Of a stretch of DNA of 64,000 bases, positions 48,401 to 60,400 are shown piece by piece. The position numbers and the translations under genes were made by a program. Location of the stretch: assembly GCA_028534125.1 (NCBI GenBank), contig CM052825.1, forward strand, positions 868,001 to 932,000, in the 5' to 3' direction. The notes beneath the pieces are model-generated. The model did no database searches, was not told where the DNA came from, and saw nothing but the letters and a program-made list of their open reading frames with translations. Source of the DNA: Lama glama (taxonomy: Eukaryota). Position 1 is the stretch's first letter; every line of letters begins with the position of its first letter.

Positions 48401-51400
48401 CTGCAAGGAAGCCCGGAGCCCGGGCTGAGCAAGGCAGAGGGGACAGGGCGGGACAGCCCTGCCAGTGGGAATGGATGTGGGCCCCCGCTGACCGCTCTGC
48501 GCCTCGTGTCGGCCCTGCCCACCCCCCGCAGCACAGCGCAGACAACGGTGGTCATGTGCTCCAGGGCAGTGGGTCTGGCTGAAGAGCCCTTGGTCCCTGA
48601 GGAAGCCAGGGAAGGGCGCTGGGTGGGATGCCCCGGGGCCCCCAGCTGCTGTCTGCACTCGGTGCCGGAGGAGCTCCAAGCAGGGTGGCGCCGGCCGTGA
48701 GGCCGAAGGAGCAGACCTGGGGGTTAGGGGAGGGCCTCACCTCTGATCCCGGGCCTTGCCCAGCAGGACGTGGATACACTGGTGCAGGGTGGACCAGCTG
48801 GACTGGTGCGTGAGGAGGGCCAGGAGGTAGGGTCGGAAAGACGGCACCTGGGGGCCAGGGTGGCCTTTGCCCTGCAGAAGGAGGAAACCTGGGATGGTGC
48901 CCGCTGGGCGGACCAGCTCTGCTGACCAGGGTCAGCACACAACAGCCCACCTGAGCTGCCACAAGGCAGGGGACGGGTCCATCTTGAGGCAGAGCTGGGG
49001 CTCCTGCCTGGTGGGCAGCACTGGCTGCCCAAGTACCACCTGGCACGGCCGGTCACTCCAAGGTTAAACATGTGCTGAACTGAATCAGCTCCTCAGAGAT
49101 GAGGAAGTACGCTAGCAAGACACAGGGTGCGGGAGCACGTGGGCGGGTGGGGGGTGCGGGGACGTGACCACCACTCCCACACACACAGGCCCGCCGGCAT
49201 GCGGCGAGGGTGCACAGCCTCATCCCGGCCACCCACTCAGCGTCTCTGCCATGGACTGATAAGCAGGGGTCACCCCCGCCACCCCTGCAGAGCCCTGACG
49301 TGGGCTCCAGCCCCCTGGAGGACCCCACTCCTCATCAGGCGGTGCTGGGCTCCACTCTTGCTCCTGCCAACCGGCGCCTCCTGGTCCGTGAGGACCTGGG
49401 CCCACAAAGTACCGACCCCACTCCTTACCGCCTGCCCCAGAGACCACATCTGGCCAGTTGTGCTGACCGGCTTAGAGGAAACAAGGGGCCCATCTGGCTG
49501 ATGAGAACCAGGCAGGGGACTTTGCTAGAACCAACAGGGAGAGCCTACCCTCCCCATGGGGGTGCCGGGGGAACACGTGGCTCAGAGCATCGTGTGGGGG
49601 CACAGCCCACCTTGCCCCGGGAGAACAGGAGCCTCTGCTGCAGGTCAGGGCAGCTGCTGATCACCTCAGGGTCCAGCATCTCCAGCCAGTCAACAAGGAG
49701 CCCTGAGCAGGGTCCCAGTCGCAGGGCCTCTAGGCTGAAGGGAAGGAGGGGCGGGCTAAGGCGTGGCCAGCCCGGTGTCCCCTGGGCTGCCCCTCAGTCC
49801 GGCCGCCACCCCCCCAGCTCACCTGCAGCTGCCAGAGTCCTGCTTTCCCGGGGGCTCCTCCTCCTGCAGCAGCAGTGAGCTCACCACTGCCACAGGCCTC
49901 GAGGCTGGGAAGGCGGAGGGGGCAGAGAAGAGGGCGGCCAGCAGCTCCTCCAGGTGAGGCGACCTCACCTCAATCAGACCTTGGAGGACTACAGGGGACG
50001 GAGGAGGCACCCTCAGACCACCTGACTCCAGCACAGATGTCCCACCCCCACAGGCCCGGCTCTGGGGCCCCCAAGGCGGGGACCTCTGTGCCGAGTGGCA
50101 TGGCTGGGGGTCTTCACCATGTCAAGGGCCCAAGTACCTTTGCTGACGAGCTCGGGCTCCACCTCACACTCTTCCCCAGACCTGAGGGTGGCGACGACTG
50201 CCCGGACAGTGGAGCTGACCACTTCGGGGTCCCCGCGGAAAGTCAGGGCCTCCGCCAGGTGCAAAAACCCACTTCGCACTGCGGGGGGGGGAGGGGGAAG
50301 GGGCGGGGCCTCCGTGTGAGCCACCAGACTGCCGCCCATCCGCCCTGTCCAGGGCCGGGGTGGGCGACTCTCCTCGGTTACGTGTTCACTTTCCTCCCCC
50401 AGGAGCCTCCGAAGCCCCGACCACCAAACCACTCAGCCACACACACGCTGCCGCTGCCCCCAGCCCCTCTGCACAAGCGGTCTCCTGGACACAGTGGCGG
50501 ACAGCCGGGGGCCCCTGCCTGGCCCTCACCATCACTGATCCTGCGTCGAGCGGAGTACTGGGTGGCGAACAGCTTGAGCTGGGCCTGCAGGGGCCCGGGC
50601 TCCACGGCGGGACTGTCCAGCCACTGCAGGGTCTGCATAAGCACTTTGAGGAAAAGGGACGAGAAGCCGGTGTCCTGGGGCACACAGCGCTGGGGACAGA
50701 GGGCAGCACAGCTCAGGGAAGACCACAGGCCGAGGGTAGCCGCTCCACCTGCCACTCAGCAGGGCCCCCGCTGTCCCCTGAACTCGCAGAGATCCTTTCA
50801 AACCCCACTGCCTGTGAGCTGTCCTGTTTGCAGCTTATTCTCACATGGTTCAGAGAAAAGGCTAAAAAAACACGCACACACGCGCAAGCATGAGTGACAG
50901 AACACACTCATGCCAAGGAGCAGACGAGGACGATGTGTTAGAGCTACTGAACCCAGCGGTGGGCATGCAGTGAAACCCTGACCCCTCCTGCCTTGTTTGC
51001 GGTAAGTTTCTGTGACAGAGACGGGATCTACCCCGGACCCACAGCAGAAGTTCCTCCTTTCACTTAGGAGCAAGAACGGAAGTCCTAGGACAGCGTCAGG
51101 ACACCGTTGGCCAGGACCCAGGAAGGCCTGACCCCAGAAGGCACAGGCCTCAGGGGGGTGGGGACTGGGGACAGAGGCCCTGCCGGTGCACACCGCCCAG
51201 GCACAGGGTGCTGCCGAGGCCCCACCTGGTACTGGCAGAGCAGGCGCATCAGGGGGCAGGCGAGGAAGTGGTGCCGGTGCATGGACATCACCAGGGCCCC
51301 GGCGTGCGGGGAGCTGAGCAGAGTGGCGACGGCCTGCAGGAGGCGCACTGCGACACCTGGCACCTCTGGGCTCCCCTGGCGGACTCGTGCCAGCTCCTGG

Positions 51401-54400
51401 CCCAGAGCCTGCTGCAGCGCGAGGGCAGCAGGGCGGGCGCTGGAGCTTGGCCACCGCGGGCCTGGGCTCAGCGGGAAGATCTGGGGAAGAGGGGGCAGTC
51501 AGAACCGCGTGGCCAGAAGGTGGGGGCACTCAGCCTTCCCAGCGGAGGCCTCCTCACCCTGCCTCGACCTGCCAGGGGCTGCCCAGTCCCCACCAGACTC
51601 TCCCAGGGGGAGTCGGTTGGGGGCCAAGGACTCCAGAAGGGCCTGCAGGGGACATAGCTCCGGGGTGAGGCAGCAGACGTGCCCCTGACCCTACAGATTT
51701 CGGCTTCTCCATTCGTGACTGGTACTGGCCTCGGGTGGGGGACAGTGGGGACAGGCCCGGGCCCAGGACACTGTCTGTGGAAGAGCATCTGTCCACGTGT
51801 ACACCTGAGGACACTGCACGCACACAGTGCGTAAGTGTGACAGCGTGAACCAGGGCACAAGTGCTCTGCACTCAGTGTCCCCGTGAGGAGGGGTGAGGAT
51901 GGTGCAGAGAGGGCCCCCGGCTGGGCTCCAGGGTAAGACCCCTCTCTGCGGGCGGGAGGGCAGGGGTCCCGTACCTGCAGAAGTATGCTGGCCAAGTCGT
52001 CCTCGGGGCCGAGCACCCGCACCTGAGTCACGGCCCGGGTCCTGCCCTGGCCCGGCGGCTGCTCTGGGCTGCCTTTGGGTTTCGGTGCCTCTGCACTGTC
52101 TGCAGGGATGGAGTGGGTGTCAGCTGGAACCTCTTCCTAGCCAGTTTCAGCAGGAGCCACGCCAACCAAGGCCAGTCTCGCCGGGGGGCCCACCGCCCAG
52201 GGAGGAGCCCGCTCACAGGCCCTGCAGAGGGGCTGACCCCTGGGACCCTGGCCTCACACAGGCCTGCCGAGGCCCACAAGGAGTGGGCTGATAAAGAGGC
52301 GCTGGGACACTGCCGGCGGCAAGCGCTTCCGGAGCAGCGTGCGCGAGTCGGGGCGGGGCTGGCTGCTACCTCGCCGGGCGGGCAGGGCGGCTGTGAGCAG
52401 TGAGTGGAAAGTCTGGCCTCCGGACGCCCCTCGTTCGTGCTGAACCTCCACCAGGTGAGCCATGTAGTCTGTGAAGCAGCAACCAGGGTAAACATAGGCC
52501 CCACAGGAAGGAGAGCTCTCCTCCCCAGAGAAACCTGCAGTAGGGGGACACACCCCAGGCTCCCTCACCGGCCCCACACCCTCTAATCTCCAAGGAACAG
52601 AGACCTGGGCAGCTGGACAGGTGCCCCAGCGTGCCCCCAGCCCAGCCCCCACGCATCCCCCGGCCCCGGCCCCGCCCCCGCGCGGCCCGCCCTCACTCTT
52701 ATCCATGATGTTCTGCTCCAGGGTCTGGGGGTCGTGGGCCACCGCCTGGTCCAGGTACTGGAGCAGCTTGCTCATGCTGGACACGGGGATGCCGAAGGAC
52801 TGCACGAACAGCAGCAGCTGCTGGGGCTCCAGGTCCTGCAAGGCTGAGGGCACGGCCCCCTCAGCAACCCCAAGGGGAGGGGCCCCTGGGGGGCCGGCCC
52901 CTCCCACGTCACGAGGCCGCAGCCAGCCCTGCGTGCCCTCCCGCTGGACCCCAGCTCCCCGGGGTCAGCGGCGGCTCCCTACACTCCGCATCCAGGGTCC
53001 TCCAAGCGCGTCCTCGCTGCGCACCCAGGTTAGCCCTCCTCCCCCGCCAAGCTGCGTCCCAAACCGCCTGGCCTGCCGCCCCGCGGGGTGCTGCTCCAGC
53101 CCCTACTGGTGCCCCCTCCTCGCTACAGGCCACCGACACCCCCACCAAACCAGCTCAGAGGCCCTAGCCCTTCCCTGCTTCCTTCCCAACTCTAGGACTG
53201 CTTGCTCTTTGTCCCTCCTCCGGCACTGGGCCCTCCCACCTGACCGCTGGGGCTCACGGGCAGGGTCAGTGCAGGCCCTGGGCCCTCCCTGGCATGCTGA
53301 CAGCTCTGTGGAGCCTGCTGAATAACAGACACCCCGGAACCCACAAGAGGCCCCGAGCTGTCCTCCCTGCCAGAACACACACACCCCGGCCGGCTCCTGG
53401 CCTGGCCTGGACCCCCGGCCGTACCAGCGTCCACTAGGCGCGGGACCTCCGAGCGGATCATGCGCAGCTTCAGCCAGTCAGGCAGCAGAAGCGCCTCCTC
53501 CGATGTGTCCACCAGGAAGGCTGTGGGCAGAGGCTTCTTCTCCGGAAACCAGATGTCCAACAGCGCCCGGAACTCACCGTCACCAGCTTCAGGAGAGAAC
53601 ACAGAGTGGGCTCTGTGAGGCCTTCCCAGACCTCGGCATCCAAGGGGCCCGGCCACACGGACGGCTGAGAGCCAAGGCTGGGAGGGCCAGCGTGTTTCAG
53701 TTTAGAAGGCGGTCCTGGGCTGTGGAGGGACACGGAAGGCTCCGCTGACGGCCGGGCGCACCCACCCGCCCAAGGCTTTGCGCAGGTAAGTAACTTGTCT
53801 AACCCTCGTAACTGCTGCCTCGCCCCACCCCATGGTGGAGAAAGCGACGGCAGAGAAACTGGCCAGGCTGCCCAGGGGACTGCACGTGGCCCGGGCCACA
53901 CGCTCTCTGGGCTCTGTGGGCTCGGATGAACCAGCTCCTTCCAGCGCTCGGGCTCCAAGTCCCGGGAAGCCGACAGGCCAGGCAGCATCAGGCCAGCCCC
54001 CCTCACCACCCACAGCTCGCCGAGTCCTGGCAGGGGTCACCTTCCCGGCACAGCCCACAGGGCACCAGTCCCAGCAAAGGGTCCCAGCCTCCCCACCACT
54101 CTCGGATACGAGTGAGTGGTGGAGCTGTCCGCAGCGGTCAGGACGGTGGATGACAGGAGGGGAGGCTGCCGGAGGATCCCCCGGCTCTGGACACAGCCCA
54201 CAGCCCACAGCCAGCGAGTCGAGGGCCACACCCCAAGGCCCGTGGAGAGGACCTGGACCTCACTGGCCTGGCCCCAGGGTTCCCTCAACTGGGCAGCCCC
54301 CCGCGGACACCTCCACCTCCAGGAACTGCCATCTGCCAAGCAGCTGGGCCAAAAAAGTAAGGAGCAGGCACGGAAGGCGTCTGGTGCCGACCACGTGCTC

Positions 54401-57400
54401 CCAGCGATGGGACAGCATGGGGGCCAAGGTGGCAGGAGTGTGCAAACCACCGGCCTGTCCACCTGTGGGGCAGCAGTACATGAGGCCCCGTGTGGGGATC
54501 TCACGTGCTCCCTGGGGTGCACTCGGACAGGCAGGGGAGGGCATCCACCGCCACTCTGCGGGAGACCTGGCGCCCCCAACCCTGCCTGCGGGCTGCTCAC
54601 CGCGGGGTGGCCCCAGCGTCAGGAGGATGACCATGGCGTGGACCACCAGGATGTGCATGGTGGCTGTCTCCCCACTGGTCCAGCGAAGGAAGACCTGGTC
54701 CTGTGACTCTGACTGGAAGAGGAGAAGGGGTGAGCAGGCCGAGGCGAGGACCCCGAGGGCCCGGGATGCCCGACCGCCGCCGTACCCAGCTGTAGACCTC
54801 CTCGCCCTCCTTGCTCTTGCGCATGCGCCGCACATAGCGGGAGAAAATGGCCAGCAGGGCGACCAGCACGGCATCCGACTCGGCGCTGCAGGAGCGCTTG
54901 GAGAAGAGGTGGGACATGACAGTGGAGCGCTCCACGACCAGCCGAGCCACGTCCTGCGGCAGGGTGGGAGGGCGTGGCGTCAGAGGGCTCCCATGCTCTC
55001 CGCATCCCGGCCGGTGCAGCTGCCACACCCGCGGGGCCCCCAGCTGCACAGGGCCACAGCCAGCCAGGCTCCCTGGGAGGGACGGCGGCATGAAGAGGGC
55101 GTGAGCCACGGGAAGCACAGGCACCAGCCCTGAGCGGCAGGAGTCCGGGTTTCTCAAGACCCAGGGGGAAAGGCTGTCTGCAGGCAGCAGATGCTGTGTA
55201 TCTGAGCCCTGCAGCCGGGATGCGGGGCAGGGATGCAGGGCAGGGCAGGCCAGGGCAGGCCAGCCCCTGGACCAGTCAGAAGAGCAAGACCTCAAAAGCC
55301 CCGAGGCCTGGGCTTCTCTCATTGTCCAGTTCTGGGAGAGGAACCCAGACTCAGACAGATCCCCCTGCCCATTGACCTTTGTCCTCTGCCCAACCCCTCG
55401 TCCCCTCCACTTGTCCATTCCGCAGGAACCCTGTCACTGTCGGCCAACAAGTGGGCGGGAGAGCAAGGTCAGAACCTTCTGACCAGGAAAGAGCAGGACA
55501 GGAGAGGTAACAGACATGCGCCCAGCTCACAGCGCCCTGCCCAGAGGGACCCCGTGGACCCCTGCCGCAGAGACTCCTGGGTCGGTCCCCCGCCCTCCCA
55601 GAGCCCAGAGTGACCAGAGCAGCACCTGCGTCTCCTGCCCTTAACCCCTGCTCTGGACAGGTCACCAAAAAGGCAGCCGGGCGCTCAGAGCCCACAGTCA
55701 AGATGCAGCCGTCTGCCCTGACCAGGCCTGGCCACTGAGTCCCCTCGCCCCGCCCCTCACCAGGGCCAGGTCGCTGTGCTGGCCCTGTTCCTCCACGGGC
55801 GTGTGCTGGGACAGGTAGACCAGATAGGCGCTGATGGTCTGCGGGTCAGTCTCCATGTGGATGGCCTGCGGAGAGGGCTGTGTGAGCGCGCCCCAGGCAG
55901 TCGGCCCGCCCCGCCCCCGCACGGCGCCCTCACCTGCTGCAGCGCCAGGGCGGTGGTGGTCCTCACACTGTCGAACAGGGGCAACCTGGGCAGGTCCCGC
56001 AGCAGCCACTGGTAGCCCTGCAGCGCGTCCGTGTCCCCCGCGTCCTCCTCCAGGGGCGGCTCCTTCTCCTCCCCGTCGCGCAGGCTGCCCTCCGAGAGCA
56101 CCAGGGACAAGCCCTACAAGCAGACGGGTGCTGGGCCTCACCCCTGTGCCCCCCGGCTCCCTTGCAGCCCAGGGGCGGGGACGCAGCAGGAGGGCTCCCA
56201 GCCACTCTCAGGACGGGCTGCCACCACCCAGGGAAGCACCCCCAGGCGACGGGGAAAGGCTCTGGTTCTCGCAAACTTCACTACCGTTTCCCCTCTAAGC
56301 ACGAGTCAGCTACAACAACCACCCAGGTGGGAACGAGCACTCGCTTTGACAAGAGAAGAGAAGCCCAGGCAGGGGAGGGCAGGGGACCAGCCGCCGAGTC
56401 ACCTTCATGGCCAGCACCCTGGAGGCCACCTGGGAGGAGCCGAGGCGCCGCAGGAAGTAGTCCAGCACCTCACACGTGGTCTGCTCGTCAGCCTTGGGGC
56501 CCAGCAGGAGGTCCTGCAGGCGGCCCAGGAGCTGCCGCTGCTTCTGTTGCCTCTGCAGGGGCGAGGGGGACCTTCAGGCGGGCCACCAGGGCCGGTGGGG
56601 CGGGGGCGAAGGCAGGGGAGGGGCGGGCACCCACCTGCCGCTTCTTGGCCTTCTGCTCTTTGCTCTCGCCCTCCTCCTCCTCCTCCCCGGAAGCGGGGTC
56701 GTCGGCCGCATCATGCAGCAAGAACTCGCACAGGCACTGCACGGGCAGCACATCCAGGGAGCCCTCGCTGGACTGCACCAGGTCGGCCAGCCAGGGCATG
56801 GACTGCGAGGAGGCCTGGGTGGGGCGGCGACACGGCTCTCTCCAGTTCAACCTGCCGCAGTCCCTGCGGACCCTTCTGCCCGCCCTCCCGCTGGGAACCC
56901 CAAGGCAGCCCGGAGTCCCACGTGCTCAGCCCGCCGGCCCCCTGTGGGGGCAGCACGTGGTGCCCCATAGTGGCCGTGGGGGCGGGCATCATCTGCACAC
57001 GGAGAGGCCAGTGGTGTGTGTCCCTCGCCCCCTGTGTGCCGTGCTCTGGCTGCGGCTTCAGTCAACGCCAGGGCCCGCTGACACCTGAGGGTCCCCGCCT
57101 GCCCTCCCCGGGGCCCAGCCCCTGGGGACCCGCCCCCCCGGACTCGCCTGTCTCTGAATGATGTTGAGCAGGAAGTCCGGGTTCCGGCTGCGACACAGCA
57201 GATGCCCAAGGCGGAGGGACTGGTTGAGGCCTTTCACCTGGTCCAGGATGTGAGGGGGTGGCCTCCGGGGGGGCCCTCTGCAAGTCCCAGGGACACGAGT
57301 GTGTCAAAGCCGTGAGTGCGACGCCTCACAAAGACGATGGCGGGTGGGTGAGGGTGGGTCTGCAAGGGGCCGGCCGTCCTCCCGCCTCTCCCAGCCCCGC

Positions 57401-60400
57401 TGAGGAGGCTCCCGGCTTCACCGCAGGGCTCACCGCCCTGGTGGAAACACAGGCCAGCGGCCGGGGGCTGGGGCGCCAGGCACCTGGGGGCCGCTCCTCC
57501 AGCCTGGGCCCCCACCCTCCACCTGCCCATCCCCGCTCAGCCCCGCGGGCCTGCAATGCCTACTGGGGGTCCAGGCTGGTGAGCTGAGACAGGAGGAGAC
57601 TGCTGCTCTCGGTGATGGTCTGCTTGGTGGAAGCAGCCGCCAGGTGCCCCTCGAAGGCCAGGATCTCCTGCTTCTCCCGCTGAGAGATCTGCAGCTCCCG
57701 GTTGACCATCTCAGTCCGGGTCTCCTCGTCCGTTAGGGTGCACGGCGGGTAGGAGTAATTGCTGGGGCCAAGCAGGAGAGCTCGTTTCCACACCGTCAGA
57801 CGCACTCAGGGTGGGGGTCAAGACTCACGACAGCGTCCCTCACCCAGTGCACAGCACAAGCCCTCAAGTGGCAGGGGGTACCCGGGGCTGGGGGCGGGGG
57901 GACATCGGCAATGTGGTCACAGTCAGACCTCAGAGCCCACGCCCAGCTGCCCCCTCCCTTCACATGACAGCATGCAGGCTGCCTCTGACATCAGGCTGAC
58001 GACAGGCTGACGTGGTCAGGATCCTGGACCTAGAGCAGCAACCAACCAGGATGCCCACACCACGGTCCCTTCCAACCAGCCACACAGCCCAAGGCACACA
58101 GGGCATCCCCAGGCTGACTCGGGGCTGGACTACTCTCAGTCTGAAATCCAGTCTAGTTTCCTGCGATGGCTACCCTCTGGGGGCTGTCCTTAAGCCCCCA
58201 AGTCAGTTCCTGGGTCAGAGAGAGGACGGCTGGCAGAGATGCAAGGGAGCAGAACTTCCGTCCCCAGCCTCTGGCCACGTGCACCCAGTCCCTGCTCTCA
58301 TAGGTAGGTGTACACACACATACACACACACTCGCTGCCCCGCCCTGGCACAGGCAGAGACCAGCGCTCAGCAGACAGACTCAGAAACCAAAGCCACGAC
58401 AGGAGGAGGCCGGGCAGCACAGAGAAGGGAGAGGCCTCAGGGCAGCCGGGCCCCCGCGCGCCCCGCTGCCAGCGCTGTGCCTGCGGCCCCGCAGCCGCGA
58501 GCCGCTTACTTGGTCATCACCATCTCCATGAGCATCTTCAGCGTGGGATACTCCTCCCAGGCAGCCAGGCCTAGGGGGCAAGGGCACAACACGTGGCAGC
58601 TGGGGCACAGCACTCCTACGTGGTCACCCGCTGGTCCCTGAGAGCCACCCCTGCCCAGCTCGTCATCCAGGCCCCAGCCAGGCTCTGCTCCAGGTCCTGA
58701 CGAGCAGGATGCCCCCCAGGAGAAAAGGTCAACAGCAGCCAAGGTGACCACAGCGGGCCAGAGGGGGCTCACCGATGTTCTCCGGGTTGAAGGCGGCAAC
58801 AACCAGCAGGAGGGGCCACGCCTTCCAGTAGAGGGTGGAGATGGCGAGGTTCGGAGGCTGATACCTGAAACACAAGGTGTCCACAGCTCGGCCTGCCACA
58901 CGTGGTCAAAGAGAGGACTCGGTCTGGGCTGGGTGGCAAGGCGCAAAGAGGTTGGCCAGTGACCACCTCACAGGTCGTAAGGTCGGTAGCTCCCCTCTGG
59001 GACTGCTCAGAGCCTGCCCCAGGGACCGCACCCCAGCTCCGAGCTTCTAGCCTCAGCCTCCCACCTGTGAAACGGGAACGTAATAAAGTAGTAACGCTCG
59101 ATAACGTTAGTCATCGTGACTGTCCTTCACATCAGAAAGCCAGAAAACGCCCCAGCACCCACCCACACGTAACCGTAATGGCAGCCAGAGGTCACGCAGG
59201 TCGCAATCACGATCAAGGCACAGCCTGTGCAGATGATGAAACAGGAAGCGGCTAAGCGGTTGCCAGAAAGGAGGACACAGATCAGAGACACCAACTTGGC
59301 AGCGCTCCCCAACCAGTCCCAGCTGGCTGTCCTGTGGACATCAGCAAGACGACCCTAAACTTCACACAGCGACACAAGGACCCAGAAGAGCCAAACTGAT
59401 CTTGACAAAGAGCAAAGTGGAGGACTCGCACTTTCCAAGTTCAAAAGCCCAGCACAACAGTCCAGCAACGAAGACTCTGAGGCAGGAATGAGGACAGGTA
59501 TGCAGGTGAGTGAGCACAGCTCAGGGTCCAGCACAGGTGGTCAAAGGTGCTGCAGGTCAGCTGCCGAGCGACAAGGGTGCTGACCTTTAACAGGGGGCGG
59601 TCGCTTCAACAGCGATGCTCGGGCAGCCAGGCACCCGCGGGGAGGGATGAAGTCGGGCCACACTTCCCACCACAGACCAGCAAACTCAAAACGGGTAACA
59701 GACTAAGGGTCAGGACGTACACTGCAGGAGTTTCAGCAGAAAACACAGGAGCAGGTTTGTGCCCTTAGATGCAGCAATGGTTTCTTAGACATGACACAAA
59801 AACCCAAGAAACCGAAGAAAAACAAATCAGACCGTATCAGGATTGAAGCCTTCTGTGACCCAGTCAACTGCGCTTCAATAAAGAACAAAACTAAGAAAAA
59901 TGCAGAAACTGAAAAATAAGCCCCAAACAAGCAAAACAAAAAAGCCCCAGCAACCTTCTGTGTCTCAGAGGGCCCTGCTGAGGGATCTGCCTGCAGATCA
60001 CAGATGTAACGATCCTGCGTCCAGAACGTACAGAGAGCTCTCACGACCCAGCAAGTATTCAAGTCACCCCCCGTAGGACTGGGCAAGGACCTGAGCGCAT
60101 TTCTCCACAGCACACGTTCGAACGGCCCACAAGCATGAGCACAGACCCCCACTGCCACCGGCATCAGAGAAACGGAAGGCAACGCCAAGACGGGCTGCCG
60201 CGGCACACCCACTAAGCCGGCCGAGGTGCAAACGCCGGGCCATCAGCGTGGGGAGGAGGCGAGTCGGAGCAGCTCCTCCGAAGATTAACACGCGAGCCGG
60301 CAATTCTACTCCCGGGAGTCCCCGCAAGAACTGAGAAGGCACGTCTGCCCAGAGCGGACCCACGAGTTCCCAGCAGCACCGCTAACGGCGGTCAGAGTGG

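Noticed and set aside
53832-57161. Plus-strand ORFs of 308-433 aa (also 49875-50897 and 24972-25994)
   Set aside because: Antisense shadows of GC-rich INTS1/MICALL2 sequence where stops are rare; no domain similarity recognised.
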